From assembly GCF_035084215.1 (NCBI RefSeq), contig NC_090340.1, positions 3,844,001 to 3,908,000 on the forward strand: DNA of 64,000 nucleotides, read 5' to 3'. The notes beneath the pieces were generated by a model. That model was not told the origin of the DNA and did no database searches. It saw nothing but the letters and a program-made list of their open reading frames with translations. Source of the stretch: Heptranchias perlo (lineage: Eukaryota). A program made the position numbers and the translations under genes. Below, piece after piece: positions 1 to 10,717 of the stretch (its first letter is position 1; every line of letters begins with the position of its first letter).

Positions 1-181
1 ACAATTAATTGACACAACGCTGAAGAACGGTTTATCTGCTATACAGGACCGTAATATACATTAATAACAATCGTGTTTTATTTTAAATCTACACACATGA
101 ACCCGATGCATGAGGCAAGTATTTCGATAAATTTAAATTTCTGATTCGAATCAGTTGCTATGTTAGCCATGGGACGATCCG

Positions 182-270
182 AGAATCATAGAATCAGAGA
201 AACGTTTTAGAACAGAAGAAGGCTATTCGGCACATCCAGCCCACGCCGACACTTTCTAAGAGCAAACCAG
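182..270 (-). mobile_element. CR1 LINE 3' end fragment
   Basis: AGAATCATAGAATC tail followed by the CAGAAGAAGGCTATTCGGC terminal motif shared with the other CR1 3' ends in the window (e.g. 33160, 60930). Confidence 0.6.
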
Positions 271-467
271 TTACATCAGCAGACAGAAACTGCGAAAAAA
301 AATCCCATTTTCATATTGGGCTATGGGCTAAAGGGGTAATTTCAACTTCTGGTGATAGCGTTGACAGGAAAACACTTTTCTTAAACTGCGGACCAGGCAG
401 TTTTCGAGAAACGGTTTAAAGTGACTCAACTGTGAGAAATCTACATCTCAATTTTACTCCATAGCTG

Positions 468-2035
468 CATAGGAACAGTAATAGGCTATTTAGCCCCTCT
501 AGCCTGTTCCGACAGTCAATGAGATCATTGCTGATCTGTATCCTGACTCCATGCATCCGCCTTGGCTCTATAAACTTTAATACCTTTGGCTAGCAAAATT
601 CTATCTATATCAGATTTAAAGTTATTAATTGATCTAACATCTGCTGCGTTTTGTGTAAGAGAGTTCCACACTTCTACCACCCTTTGCTTGAAGAAGTGTT
701 TCCTAACGTCTCTCCTGAATGGCTTGGCTCCGATTTTAAGGTGATGTCCCGTTGCCGTAGACTCCCCCAGCCGCAGAAAAAGTTTGTCTCTACCTACCCT
801 ATCAATTCCTTTCAAAAACATAAAAACCTCAATGAAATCACCCCTTAACCGTTTGTATTCCAGGGAATACAAGACTGGTTAATGCAATCTCTCCTTCTAA
901 TCTAACACTTGGAGCACTGGCAACATTCTGGTGAATCTGCACCGCACTCCTTCCAAGGCCAATATACCCTTTCTAAGGTGCAGTGCCCAGAAATGTACAC
1001 AGTACTCCGGAGGTGGTCTAACAAGGGCTCTGTTTCCCTGTCGCAATACTTCCTCACTGTTATATTCTCGCCCTCCAGTTATAAAGGCAAACATTCCATT
1101 CGCATTTTTGATTATTTTTTGTACCTGACTACTACATTTTAGTGATCTGTGTATATGGACCCCAAAATCTCTCTGTACCTCCACTGTTCCTGGCTTTTCA
1201 CGTTTGGAAAAGTGCTTGGATCTCTCCATTTTTGTTCCAAAATGGATGACCTGACACTTTCCTTCAATGAAACCCATTCGCCACAGGTTTACCCACCAAC
1301 TTAATCTCTCAATGTCTCTTTGTAATTTTATGCTCCCATCTACACAACTTACTATGCCAACAATCTTTGTTTCATCAGCAAATTTGGATATATGTCCCTC
1401 AATTGTGTTCTCTATGTCATTAATAAATGCAGTGAATAGTTGAGGCCACAGCACAGATCGTTGTGGGAAATCACTAATCACTTCCTTGCAATTGGAATAC
1501 ATAGACATTATCCCTACTCTCTGTCTTCTACCGCCTAACCAATCTCCTAACCAGGTCAATAATTTGTTTTCAATTCCATGAGCTTTCATTTGAGCTAGCA
1601 GTCTCTTATGTGAAATCTTTTCAAATGCCTTCTGGAAGTCCATATAATCGACATCTATAGACAGTCCCTTGTGTACTACTTTAATTACTTCCTCAAAAAG
1701 TTCAATTAGATTCCGTAGACATGACCTACCGTTTAAAAATCCACATCAGCTCTCTCCAATCAGTTCAAATTTCTCTAAGTGCTCAGTCACCCTGTCCTTA
1801 ATTATAGATTCCAATAACTTCCCCATAACAGATGTTAGACTAATAGTCTGTAATTCCGTGGTTTCTCTCTCTCATCTTTCTTTAATAATGGAGGTACATT
1901 TGCAATTTTGCAATAGAAAGGCAAAATTCCTGAATTGAGAGAGCTTTGGAAGATTATGGCTGAAGGATTTGAATATCATCACTTACTTCATTCAATACCT
2001 TGGTTTGGAAACCATCAGGTTCTGGGGAGTTGTCT
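468..2035 (-). mobile_element. Degenerate CR1 LINE, 3' half of ORF2 (RT) plus 3' UTR
   Basis: ORFs 897-1643 (MDFQKAF, PQRSVLWP, KFADETK, LVRPPPEYC) and 525-872 (YSLEYKRLRGD, VWNSL) are typical of the CR1 RT and C-terminus; interrupted by stops and frameshifts. Confidence 0.9.
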
Positions 2036-2761
2036 AATAGTTTATTCAGTGTTCGGGAGATCCGAACGACCTTATAGACCAAGCCTCAAGTCTTAGCGGG
2101 CTGATTCTCCAAGTGTGGGGAATCTCACACTAGAAAAGCTTGTCTCCAGCTATCTCTCGATTAAATTCGGAAATTGACTGACGAGCTGTGTTGCCACTTT
2201 AGCCATAACCTGACGTAACTGTAGCTGCAGAGTTCATAACAAAAGACCTAATTCCAATGGTCCAAAGACCGCTCACAAATTTGTAATAATAGCCCGAAGA
2301 TAAATTTGAAACTCTACACATTTATTACATTTACATTCAATTACCTCCTCTTCCACAATCTATTCGTGCCATCAGGTCAGGTCATTTTGACGCTATACAA
2401 GAATCGATGGGACATCTTTCTGACAAAATTTTATTTGATACACGAATGAACCCGATTGATGGAACCATTAGTCCTCAAGCGATCCTCTTCAGGTCAACTA
2501 TGCAAACATTAAAGAGATTCTTCAGAATCAAAAACAGTAAAGACTTGGAAGATTCGTCCATCGTGGCGGGCAAAAAGACGATGAATTATGGACTTATGAG
2601 CTCATGTATAATATTAATAAACTCCCCCTACTTATGCTGCAACTACACTTTCTTATTTTCTGTTACCGTTTCTGGTCACAGCTACACCCACAAATCTTAC
2701 TCCAAAGGGCATGTTTTTCTCCACTTTACGCCACTGCGCAATTAAACAGTCATGTATCAAC

Positions 2762-2807
2762 TGACGTCACAGATAATTATTAAATTATATTAAATACACA
2801 GCCGCCC
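2762..2807 (+). promoter_or_regulatory. Putative upstream promoter: CRE palindrome TGACGTCA (2762-2769), AGATAA (GATA), CCGCCC (2802-2807)
   Basis: Motifs lie ~70-115 bp upstream of the copy-1 leader ATG (2876) and are identical in copy 2. Confidence 0.5.
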
Positions 2808-2875
2808 ATTCTCCGAAACTTCGTCCATTCGGTTCTCATTCACAAGGGTGATCTACGATACATTCAGTGCACGAT

Positions 2876-3441
2876 ATGTCGATGAGGGTGTCTCTTTGGA
2901 GCATTTGTTCCTTGGGAATTTTGATTCCAGGTAGACTTTTATTTTTGTTGTTATCAATCAATTTTTCCCGAACAAGAAACAGCACATGAAGTCGATCGGA
3001 TATTGTTTTGTGCTGGTTTAATTTGATATAATTGTTATCCTGTCCCTTGCCAGAGGGAAGCATCTAGTTGAGAAAGGCATGTTACTTATGATCATTCAGC
3101 GAGGAAACCATTTCAACAGATGGATAATAATTCTCAGGTTTACGTACATTGAATTACGAATGCATCAATAGAGTGGATGGACGATCTTATTTTAGCGGTT
3201 CAGATCATCTTCCCTGTATATGAATTATTTAACATTGTGGCTTCGTTTGTTGATAGTTGCTGTGCACACTTCAGGCAAATTGATTCCGGATATTGTACAA
3301 AATAAGGCGCTTGAAGTGTCCTGTTCCCTTCGATCTCAATCATTCATTCATAAAGGTTCACTGGTGGAGAGAGGGCAACGGTACCTTTCTGCAAAAAGAG
3401 AATAGAAAACAGTTCCAAATAAAGAAAGGCTGCGCCTATCT
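2876..3441 (+). pseudogene. Truncated duplicate of the Ig gene: intact leader exon 2876-2930 and V-exon remnant 3257-3441
   Basis: Leader MSMRVSLWSICSLGILIP ends in a phase-1 CAG|GTAGAC donor. The V remnant lacks 20 nt (TAAGAGGTTCGAACATAACC in the intact copy), causing a frameshift, and ends before the F-strand Cys. Confidence 0.85.
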
Positions 3442-3457
3442 ACAGTAATTTGGAATT

Positions 3458-3503
3458 TGACGTCACAGATAATTATGAAATTATATTAGATACACAGCCG
3501 CCC
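3458..3503 (+). promoter_or_regulatory. Putative proximal promoter: CRE TGACGTCA (3458-3465), AGATAA, CCGCCC (3498-3503)
   Basis: Motifs lie 70-115 bp upstream of leader ATG 3573 and are conserved between the two duplicates. Confidence 0.55.
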
Positions 3504-3572
3504 ATTCTCAAAGACTTCACCCATTCGGTTCTCAGTCACAAAGGAAGATATACTGTACTTTCAATGCACGAA

Positions 3573-3627
3573 ATGTCCATGAATGTGGCACTTTGGTGCA
3601 TTTGTTCCTTGGGCATTTTGTATCCAG
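3573..3627 (+). CDS. IgSF VJ-C1 receptor, exon 1 (signal peptide MSMNVALWCICSLGILYP)
   Basis: ATG with a purine at -3, hydrophobic core, and a phase-1 donor CCAG|GTAGAC; the same exon is conserved in the duplicate. Alternative in-frame ATGs at 3564 and 3579. Confidence 0.75.
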
Positions 3628-3973
3628 GTAGACTTTTATTTTTGTTGTTATCAATCAATCTTTCCTGAAAAAGAAACAGCGCATGAAGTCGGTATTATAT
3701 TTGAGGTACAATTAGATATTGGTTTATGCTGGTTTAATTTGAAGTAATTTTTATCATGTCCCTTGCCGAAGGGAAACATCAAGTTGAGAAAGGTGATGTT
3801 ATTTATGGTCATTCAATGAGGAAACAATTTCAACAGATGGAGAATAATTCTTAGAGTCAGGTACATTCAATTATTAATGTATCAATGGATTGGATGGAAA
3901 ATCTTATTTTGGTGCTTCAGATCATCTTCCCTGCATATGAATTATTTAATCGTGTGGCTTCTTTTGTACACAG

Positions 3974-4285
3974 TTACTGTGGACACTTCAGGCAAATTGG
4001 ATCCGGATATTGTACAAAAGAAGGCGCTAAGAGGTTCGAACATAACCTTGAAATGTCCTTTTCCCTTCGATGTCAATCATTCAAACATAAAGGTTCAATG
4101 GTGGAGAGAGGGCAACGCTACCTTGCTGCAAGAAGACAGTAGAAAACAGTTCCAAATAAAGAAAGGCCGCGCCTATCTTGATCTCCTGAATGTGCCTGTC
4201 CTGGACAACGGGATGTATCATTGTGCAATTAAAAATCAGAAGGAAAGTTTTGGAAAAGTAACTCGTGTACAAGTTGTTGTATATG
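3974..4285 (+). CDS. IgSF VJ-C1 receptor, exon 2: V-set Ig domain with J-like G strand
   Basis: Acceptor CTTCTTTTGTACACAG|TT (phase 1; alternative AG before 3992). Motifs: ITLKC (B-Cys), VQWWR (C-Trp), AYLDLLNV, DNGMYHC (DxGxYxC), FGKVTRVQVVV (FGxGT-like). Phase-1 donor G|GTAAGT. Confidence 0.9.
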
Positions 4286-5152
4286 GTAAGTATGAGTGGA
4301 GCTGGAAACGTGAAGAGTTTAGTTGCTGTCGATGCTTAAAATGCGTTTGACATTGAATTCCAAGAAGGAAAAGCACTGTGTATAAAAGAGTACAGCTTTC
4401 TACTTGTTCATAACGACACGCGTTCAACTATATGGAAACTTTCCCACTTCCAGAGTCTCTGCAAAATGTGACAACTGACCTATATCTTCAATTGTTACTT
4501 AATGTTATGTTCATCAAGGGAAGTAAATTCAAGGCCGGGAACTAAAATGCTTCTTTCCAATTTTAGCACGAAGTATCCCTATGAAACACTTCGTGGTTAT
4601 TTGCAATATTATAGATCTTTAAAGGTCCAGTGGAAAGAAGAGTTTCGAAGAGGAAGATCCCCATTCCCTCATTTAGACGGCGCACTTCCCGCTTCTGCGA
4701 TCCAGATAATATTACTGAATCGGTGGAACAGAGGAGACACACACGATAAATCAGGTGTCGTAGTCCAGACCGAGGTTTAAACTGGATCCTTTACGTACAA
4801 ATGAAGGAAATGATCTCGATGTAACAACAGAACGCGTTCTGTACTATTTCAACTGTTTTCGCGCAGCATGGCCATTCGTACACCATAATATGAATAAAAA
4901 GAGGTCCAACTTTGCAAATAAATGTTGTTGAATTCAACAGGGATACATCAGTATTGCTGGGGAGGAAATTGGGTAATAATACCTGTAGATACAGTGACAA
5001 AAATTAGGTTGAATTCTATTCAGGATAAATCATAATTACAGATACAACTACGATGCCAGATCACAAGCATTCGTTAATTAATGAAAACAGAGTGTAGATA
5101 AGAGAACAGGCCAAATATTTTGCTTTATCTCTTTTTGTTCTTTACCATTCAG

Positions 5153-5458
5153 CTGTTCCCGCTCCGCTGAAGATTGTCGCCATAACATCCGAAGGGGCTT
5201 CATCCGCTTTTCTGCGACTCGAGTGCAGAACGGCTGCTTTTTACCCGAAGGACTTCAACCTCATCTGGCAAAAAAATGGTACCGAAATCGTGACTGGAGT
5301 TGGAACTGAAGAACAGGTAAACACAGCGGGACTGTATGAAGTTATTAGCTCCATAGAAGAGAAACGGCCAATCGAGCGCGGCACAATTTACACCTGTCAA
5401 GTATATCACGTTTCAAACTCAATTCCAACAAATGACAGCTACACTGTTGGTAACGATG
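5153..5458 (+). CDS. IgSF VJ-C1 receptor, exon 3: C1-set Ig domain
   Basis: Strong pyrimidine tract then CAG|CT (phase 1). LECRTAAFYPKDFNLIW ... GLYEVIS ... YTCQVYH are C1-set signatures. Phase-1 donor G|GTAATA after 5458 (alternative G|GTAACG after 5449). Confidence 0.9.
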
Positions 5459-5910
5459 GTAATATTATTGCACAAGTCGTACTTGTATTGATTTCTGTGT
5501 TTCTTCGCGCAGTAATTGAGTTTCCATCGCAGAAAATGCGGGAAGTGTTTCCTGCAGTTGTTTGCATATCATTCTGTCACATCCGAAGTCTGGGTTTACT
5601 CCATCTCCCCTCAATCGGGTGAAGATTCCCTTTCTGTTGGTTATTGGGATATGATGAGAAATAATTTGGACACAAGCAACAGAGCCAATAGTGAACACCA
5701 GTCCTCAGCATAAGAACATAAGAACATAAGAAATTGGAGCAGGAGTAGGCCAATCGGCCCCTCGAGCCTGCTCCGCCATTCAATAAGATCATGGCTGATC
5801 TGATCCCAACCACAAATCTAAAGAACACAAGAAGTCGGAGCAGGACCCGGCCACATAGCCCCTGGGCCCTCTCCGCCACCCACAGGGCATTGACCGATCC
5901 GAACTCAGCT

Positions 5911-8826
5911 TCATGTCCAATTTCCTGCCCGCTCCCCATAACCCCTAATTCCCTTTACTTCTAGGAAACTGTCTATTTCTGTTTTAAATTTATCTAATGA
6001 TGTAGCTTCCACAGCTTCCTGGGGCAGCAAATTCCACAGACCTACCACCCTCTGAGTGAAGAAGTTTCTCCTCATCTCAGTTTTGAAAGAGCAGCCCCTT
6101 ATTCTAAGATTATGCCCCCTAGTTCTAGTTTCACCCATCTTTGGGAACATCCTTACCGCATCCACCCGATCAAGACCCTTCACAATCTTATATGTTTCAA
6201 TAAGATCGCCTCTCATTCTTCTGAACTCCAATGAGTAGAGTCCCAATCTACTCAACCTCTCCTCATATGTCCGCCCCCTCATCCCCGGGATTAACCGAGT
6301 GAACCTTCTTTGTACTGCCTCGAGAGCAAGTATGTCTTTTCTTAAGTATGGAGACCAAAACCGTATGCAGTATTCCAGGTGCGGTCTCACCAATACCTTA
6401 TATAACTGCAGCAATACCTCCTTGTTTTTATATTCTATCCCCCTAGCAATAAAAGCCAACATTCCGTTGGCTTTCTTGATCACCTGCTGCACCTGCATAC
6501 CAACTTTTTGATTTTCTTGCACTAGGACCCCCAGATCCCTTTGTACTGCAGTACTTTCCAGTCTCTCGCCATTAAGAAAATAACTTGCTCTCTGATTTTT
6601 CCTGCCAAAGTGCATAACCTCACATTTTCCAATATTATATTGCATCTGCCAAATCTCCGCCCACTCACCCAGCCTGTCTATATCCCCTTGCAGATTTTTT
6701 ATGTCCTCCTCACTCTCTACTTTCCCTCCCATCTTTGTATCATCTGCAAATTTTGATATGTTGCACTCGGTCCCCTCCTCCAAATCGTTAATATAGATTG
6801 TAAAGAGTTGGGGACCCAGCACCGACCCCTGTGGAAAACCACTGGTTACTGGTTGCCAGTCCGAAAATGAACCATTTATCCCAACTCTCTGCTTCCTGTT
6901 TGATAACCAATCCTCCACCCATGCCAGAATATTACCCCCAATCCCGTGATTTTTTATCTTAAGTAATAATCTTTTATGTGGCACCTTGTCGAATGCCTTC
7001 TGGAAGTCTAAATACACTACGTCCACTGGTTCCCCTTTATCCACCCTATACGTTATATCCTCGAAGAACTCAAGCAAATTTGTCAGACATGACTTCCCCT
7101 TCATAAAGCCATGCTGACTTTGTCCTATTAAATTATGCTTATCTAAATGTTCCGTTACTGTCTCCTTAATAATAGACTCCAAAATTTTACCCACCACAGA
7201 TGTTAAGCTAACTGGCCTATAATTTCCAGCCTTCTGCCTACTACCCTTTTTAAATAACGGTGTTACATTAGCAGTTTTCCAATCTGCCGGGACCTCTCCT
7301 GAGTCCAGGGAATTTTGGAAAACTATCACCAAAGCATCCACAATCCCTACTGCCACTTCCCTCAAGACCCTAGGATGGAAGCCATCAGGTCCAGGAGATT
7401 TATCCGCCTTGAGTCCCATTATTTTACTGAGTACCATCTCTTGAGTGATTTTAATCGTATTTAGCTCCTCCCCCCCGAGAGTCCCCTGTTTGTCCAGTGT
7501 TGGGATATTCTTAGTGTCCTCTACTGTAAAGACTGAAACAAAATATTTGTTCAGCATTTTTGCCATCTCCATGTTTCCCACCATTAATTTCCCGGTCTCA
7601 TCCTCTAAGGGACCTATGTTTGCCTTAGCCACCCTTTTTCTTTTTATATAACTATAGAAACTCTTGCTATCTGTTTTTATATTTTTTGCTAATTTCTTTT
7701 CATAATCTAACTTCCCTTTCTTAATCAATCCTTTAGTTACTTTTTGCTGTCTTTTGAAGAATTCCCAATCTTCTATCCTCCCACTAAGTTTGGCTACCTT
7801 ATATGTCCTTGTTTTTAGTCGGATACTATCCTTGATTTCTTTACTAAGTTTGGCTACCTTATATGTCCTTGTTTTTAGTCGGATACTATCCTTGATTTCT
7901 TTACTTAGCCACGGGTGGCTGTCATTTCTTTTACACCCTTTTTTCCTCAGTGGAATATATTTATTTTGAAAGTTGTAAAATAACTCCCTAAATGAACACC
8001 ACTGCTCATGTACCGTCTTACCCTTTAATCTATTTTCCCAGTCCACTTTAATCAATTCCGCTCTCATACCATCATAGTCTCCTTTATTCAAGCTCAGTAC
8101 GCTTGTTTGAGAATCAACCTTCTCACCCTCTAATTGGATATGGAATTCAACCATGTTGTGGTCGCTCGTTCCAAGGGGATCCTTAACTAGGACATTATTA
8201 ATTAATCCTGACTCATTACACAGGACCAGGTCCAAGGTTGCCTGCCCCCTTGTAGGATCAGTTACATACTGCTCAAGAAATCCATCCCTGATGCACTCAA
8301 TGAACTCGTCCTCAAGGCTGCTCTGCCCAATTTGATTTGTCCAGTTAATATGATAATTAAAATCCCCCATAATTATGGCTGTTCCCTTATTACATGCCCC
8401 GACTATCTCCTGATTAATACTTCTTCCAGCAGAGTTGCAACTATTAGGAGGCCTATATACTACGCCCACTAATGTTTTTTTTCCCTTATTATTCCTTATC
8501 TCCACCCAAACTGTTTCATTATCTTGATGCTTTGTCCCAATATCATTTCTCTGTATTACAGTGATTCCTTCCTTTATTAACATAGCCACCCCACCTCCCC
8601 TTCCTTCCTGCCTGTCCTTCCTGATTGTTAAATACCCTGGCATATTTAATTCCCAGTCGTTGTCACCCTGCAGCCATGTTTCTGTAATGGCCACAAGATC
8701 ATACCCATACGTAGTTATTTGTGCCGTTAACTCGTCCATTTTATTACGAATGCTACGTGCATTCAGATAAAGAACTTTCAAATCTGTTTTGTGACGCTTA
8801 GTTCCTGCTTTTTCCTTTTTTAACAC
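5911..8826 (-). CDS. CR1 ORF2: APE endonuclease plus reverse transcriptase, 971 aa, uninterrupted
   Basis: YLNARS, ITETW, YRPP, GDFN, LDLVL and SDH (APE); YRPVSLTS, LDFQKAFD, PQGSVLGP and FADD (RT). Confidence 0.95.
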   Translation of the reverse strand: MLKKEKAGTKRHKTDLKVLYLNARSIRNKMDELTAQITTYGYDLVAITETWLQGDNDWELNMPGYLTIRKDRQEGRGGGVAMLIKEGITVIQRNDIGTKHQDNETVWVEIRNNKGKKTLVGVVYRPPNSCNSAGRSINQEIVGACNKGTAIIMGDFNYHINWTNQIGQSSLEDEFIECIRDGFLEQYVTDPTRGQATLDLVLCNESGLINNVLVKDPLGTSDHNMVEFHIQLEGEKVDSQTSVLSLNKGDYDGMRAELIKVDWENRLKGKTVHEQWCSFRELFYNFQNKYIPLRKKGCKRNDSHPWLSKEIKDSIRLKTRTYKVAKLSKEIKDSIRLKTRTYKVAKLSGRIEDWEFFKRQQKVTKGLIKKGKLDYEKKLAKNIKTDSKSFYSYIKRKRVAKANIGPLEDETGKLMVGNMEMAKMLNKYFVSVFTVEDTKNIPTLDKQGTLGGEELNTIKITQEMVLSKIMGLKADKSPGPDGFHPRVLREVAVGIVDALVIVFQNSLDSGEVPADWKTANVTPLFKKGSRQKAGNYRPVSLTSVVGKILESIIKETVTEHLDKHNLIGQSQHGFMKGKSCLTNLLEFFEDITYRVDKGEPVDVVYLDFQKAFDKVPHKRLLLKIKNHGIGGNILAWVEDWLSNRKQRVGINGSFSDWQPVTSGFPQGSVLGPQLFTIYINDLEEGTECNISKFADDTKMGGKVESEEDIKNLQGDIDRLGEWAEIWQMQYNIGKCEVMHFGRKNQRASYFLNGERLESTAVQRDLGVLVQENQKVGMQVQQVIKKANGMLAFIARGIEYKNKEVLLQLYKVLVRPHLEYCIRFWSPYLRKDILALEAVQRRFTRLIPGMRGRTYEERLSRLGLYSLEFRRMRGDLIETYKIVKGLDRVDAVRMFPKMGETRTRGHNLRIRGCSFKTEMRRNFFTQRVVGLWNLLPQEAVEATSLDKFKTEIDSFLEVKGIRGYGERAGNWT

Positions 8827-8909
8827 TTTACCTATTACTCCATACCTTCTGTCCCTTCCTGTTACGCTTTCCTCTCTCTCCCTGCTCAGGTTCCCAACCC
8901 CCTGCCACT

Positions 8910-9197
8910 TTAGTTTAAACCCTCCCCAACAGCACTAGCAAACACTCCTCCTAGGACAGCGGTACCGGCCCTGCCCAGGTGCAGACCGTCCGGTTTGTAC
9001 TGGTCCCACCTCCCCCAGAACCGTTTCCAGTGTCCCAGGAATTTGAATCCCTCCCCCTTGCACCATTCCTCTAGCCACGTATTCATTTGAAATATCCTCC
9101 TATTTCTACTCTGACTAGCACGTGGCACTGGCAGCAATCCTGAGATTACTACCTTTGAGGTCCTATTTTTTAATTTACCTCCTAACTCTCTAATTTC
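8910..9197 (-). CDS. CR1 ORF1 C-terminal fragment (SGNH/esterase-like)
   Basis: VVISGLLPVP ... N.WL..WC ... DGLHL (DxxH). Truncated at the 5' end; the track ATG at 9200 is junction-derived. Confidence 0.8.
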   Translation of the reverse strand, partial: EIRELGGKLKNRTSKVVISGLLPVPRASQSRNRRIFQMNTWLEEWCKGEGFKFLGHWKRFWGRWDQYKPDGLHLGRAGTAVLGGVFASAVGEGLN

Positions 9198-10717
9198 CAT
9201 AATTCATGCGAACTGGCAAATAATATTGCAAGTTCACTGAGAGGGCACGGTGAGGGGTGATGCCGGAAAACGAACCATGCGTCATTGGGATTGGAATAGT
9301 TAGTGAGGGTTGACGGCGTGGACTGGGGGAATTGATTTCTTTCACGTTCCCGCAGCCATGTCGCAATCCAAGGTCATTCCCGCATCATCAGATTCACAGT
9401 GCGGAGCCGTTGACAATGCACCAAGTATGGAATACTTAGGTTGCTCTTGTGGAAAGATGGAAAAAAGTTTTCGTGAGCATTTGCTCCGAATGGCAATTCT
9501 AGCGCATTTGTAAATACGCCCCATTGTCTTTAAGAGTTCGCCCTAAATAAGCAATTGTTATTTAATGTTATGTTTATCAAGGAAAGCGGTATGAAGGGAA
9601 CGTGGCAGTGGAAGGGTGAATAGGTCGGAGTTGGTCGAGCAGCAAGTGGGTAGGTGAAGCATGAATAATTGCGGAGAGAATGGGAAAGCAGCCACTTAAG
9701 GCAAGTGTTTCCCTGCAATATTACCTAAAATATAGGCTGCAGCCATTAGTTAGTCATTTCTCTTTTACAACACACTGTGCCAATCGTCACCTACCGTTCG
9801 CGCAATAATGCAGAGAAGATAGCAAAAGAGGTTAGAAAGAGAAACAAAGAGAACTTAGGGGCAGGTAGCAAAAGAGGAAAGAGAACGATTCAGAAATAAA
9901 AGAGGGGAGAAAGAGAGAGAAACAACAATGACAAGAGAACTGACAGGGATAAGGGAGAGACGACGACCTTGAAATGACATGGCGTACAAGTGATCTAGCG
10001 TCAGAATTCGGATGCGAGCCCAGCGAAAACCCCAAGAAACTAACACGCCTGAACATGCAGACACGAGAATGATCGCCTAGAATTCTCCGGCTGGATATCG
10101 GCCAATGCAGCGGAGAATCATCATAAGCGTTAGGAAGGAGATCAGTGGAACGAGCGTAAATTCGTCCCTAATTGTAGACGTTCAGCAGAAAATGTAAAAT
10201 AGGACAACGTCAACCCACGGCAGTCGACACAGCTGGAATGTCAGTCGGTGAAGGATCTGCCAGGAAATGCAAGACTTTTACGGTTTTACAATCAGGAAAC
10301 ACGACGTCTAACATCAGTATTCGCAAATTTAAGATTTATCGAACGTGTGTCACGAAGTATGCACGGATCCCTCCTCGCTCAAGTACGTGAAGATGTCTCA
10401 TGCTCATTGTTTCTAGCGACATTTAAAATCATTTCTTTTAGAATGTATTTATATTATTGCGAGAAACAACGGACAGAGAAAATCTTCACCAAAGCATTGA
10501 CGATATCACGACACACGGCCAGCAATGGAATTCTTATTCCAGTAGATTGTATAACTTCAAATGATTTTCTGTGGTTTTGTTATATAAAAAAAGAAAGATA
10601 ATGGGACAAGCATGAAGTGGATAATGTTTGATTCCGTGGCATAGTCAGAAATATCATCAGATTGACATGGTTTCTGGTTTTGAGTGTGTATCATTGACCA
10701 ATTTATACCTTTTCCAG

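Larger units (their letters stand above)
2746..3441 (+). repeat. Copy 1 of a tandem duplication (start offset 696 bp; copy 2 begins at 3442) covering promoter, leader exon, intron 1 and part of V
   Basis: Collinear alignment: TGACGTCACAGATAATTAT at 2762 and 3458, CCAGGTAGACTTTT at ~2927 and ~3624, AGATCATCTTCCCTG in both, and AGAAAACAGTTCCAAATAAAGAAAGGC near both ends. Confidence 0.95.
5709..9197 (-). mobile_element. Young 5'-truncated CR1 LINE in intron 3, antisense to the host gene
   Basis: (CATAAGAA)x3 tail at 5709-5732, 3' UTR, open ORF2, and the C-terminal part of ORF1. CATAA occurs at both junctions (5709-5713 and 9198-9202). Confidence 0.95.

Noticed and set aside
3877-3973. Track ORF suggesting leader and V in one exon (MNYLIVWLLLYT from ATG 3937)
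   Set aside because: Better explained as the pyrimidine tract of intron 1, because a proper leader exon with a matching phase-1 donor exists at 3573-3627 and in the duplicate. Not fully excluded as a minor start.
4286-4400. Possible RSS after the V domain
   Set aside because: No CACAGTG heptamer with a spaced nonamer; the exon ends in a splice donor after the G strand.
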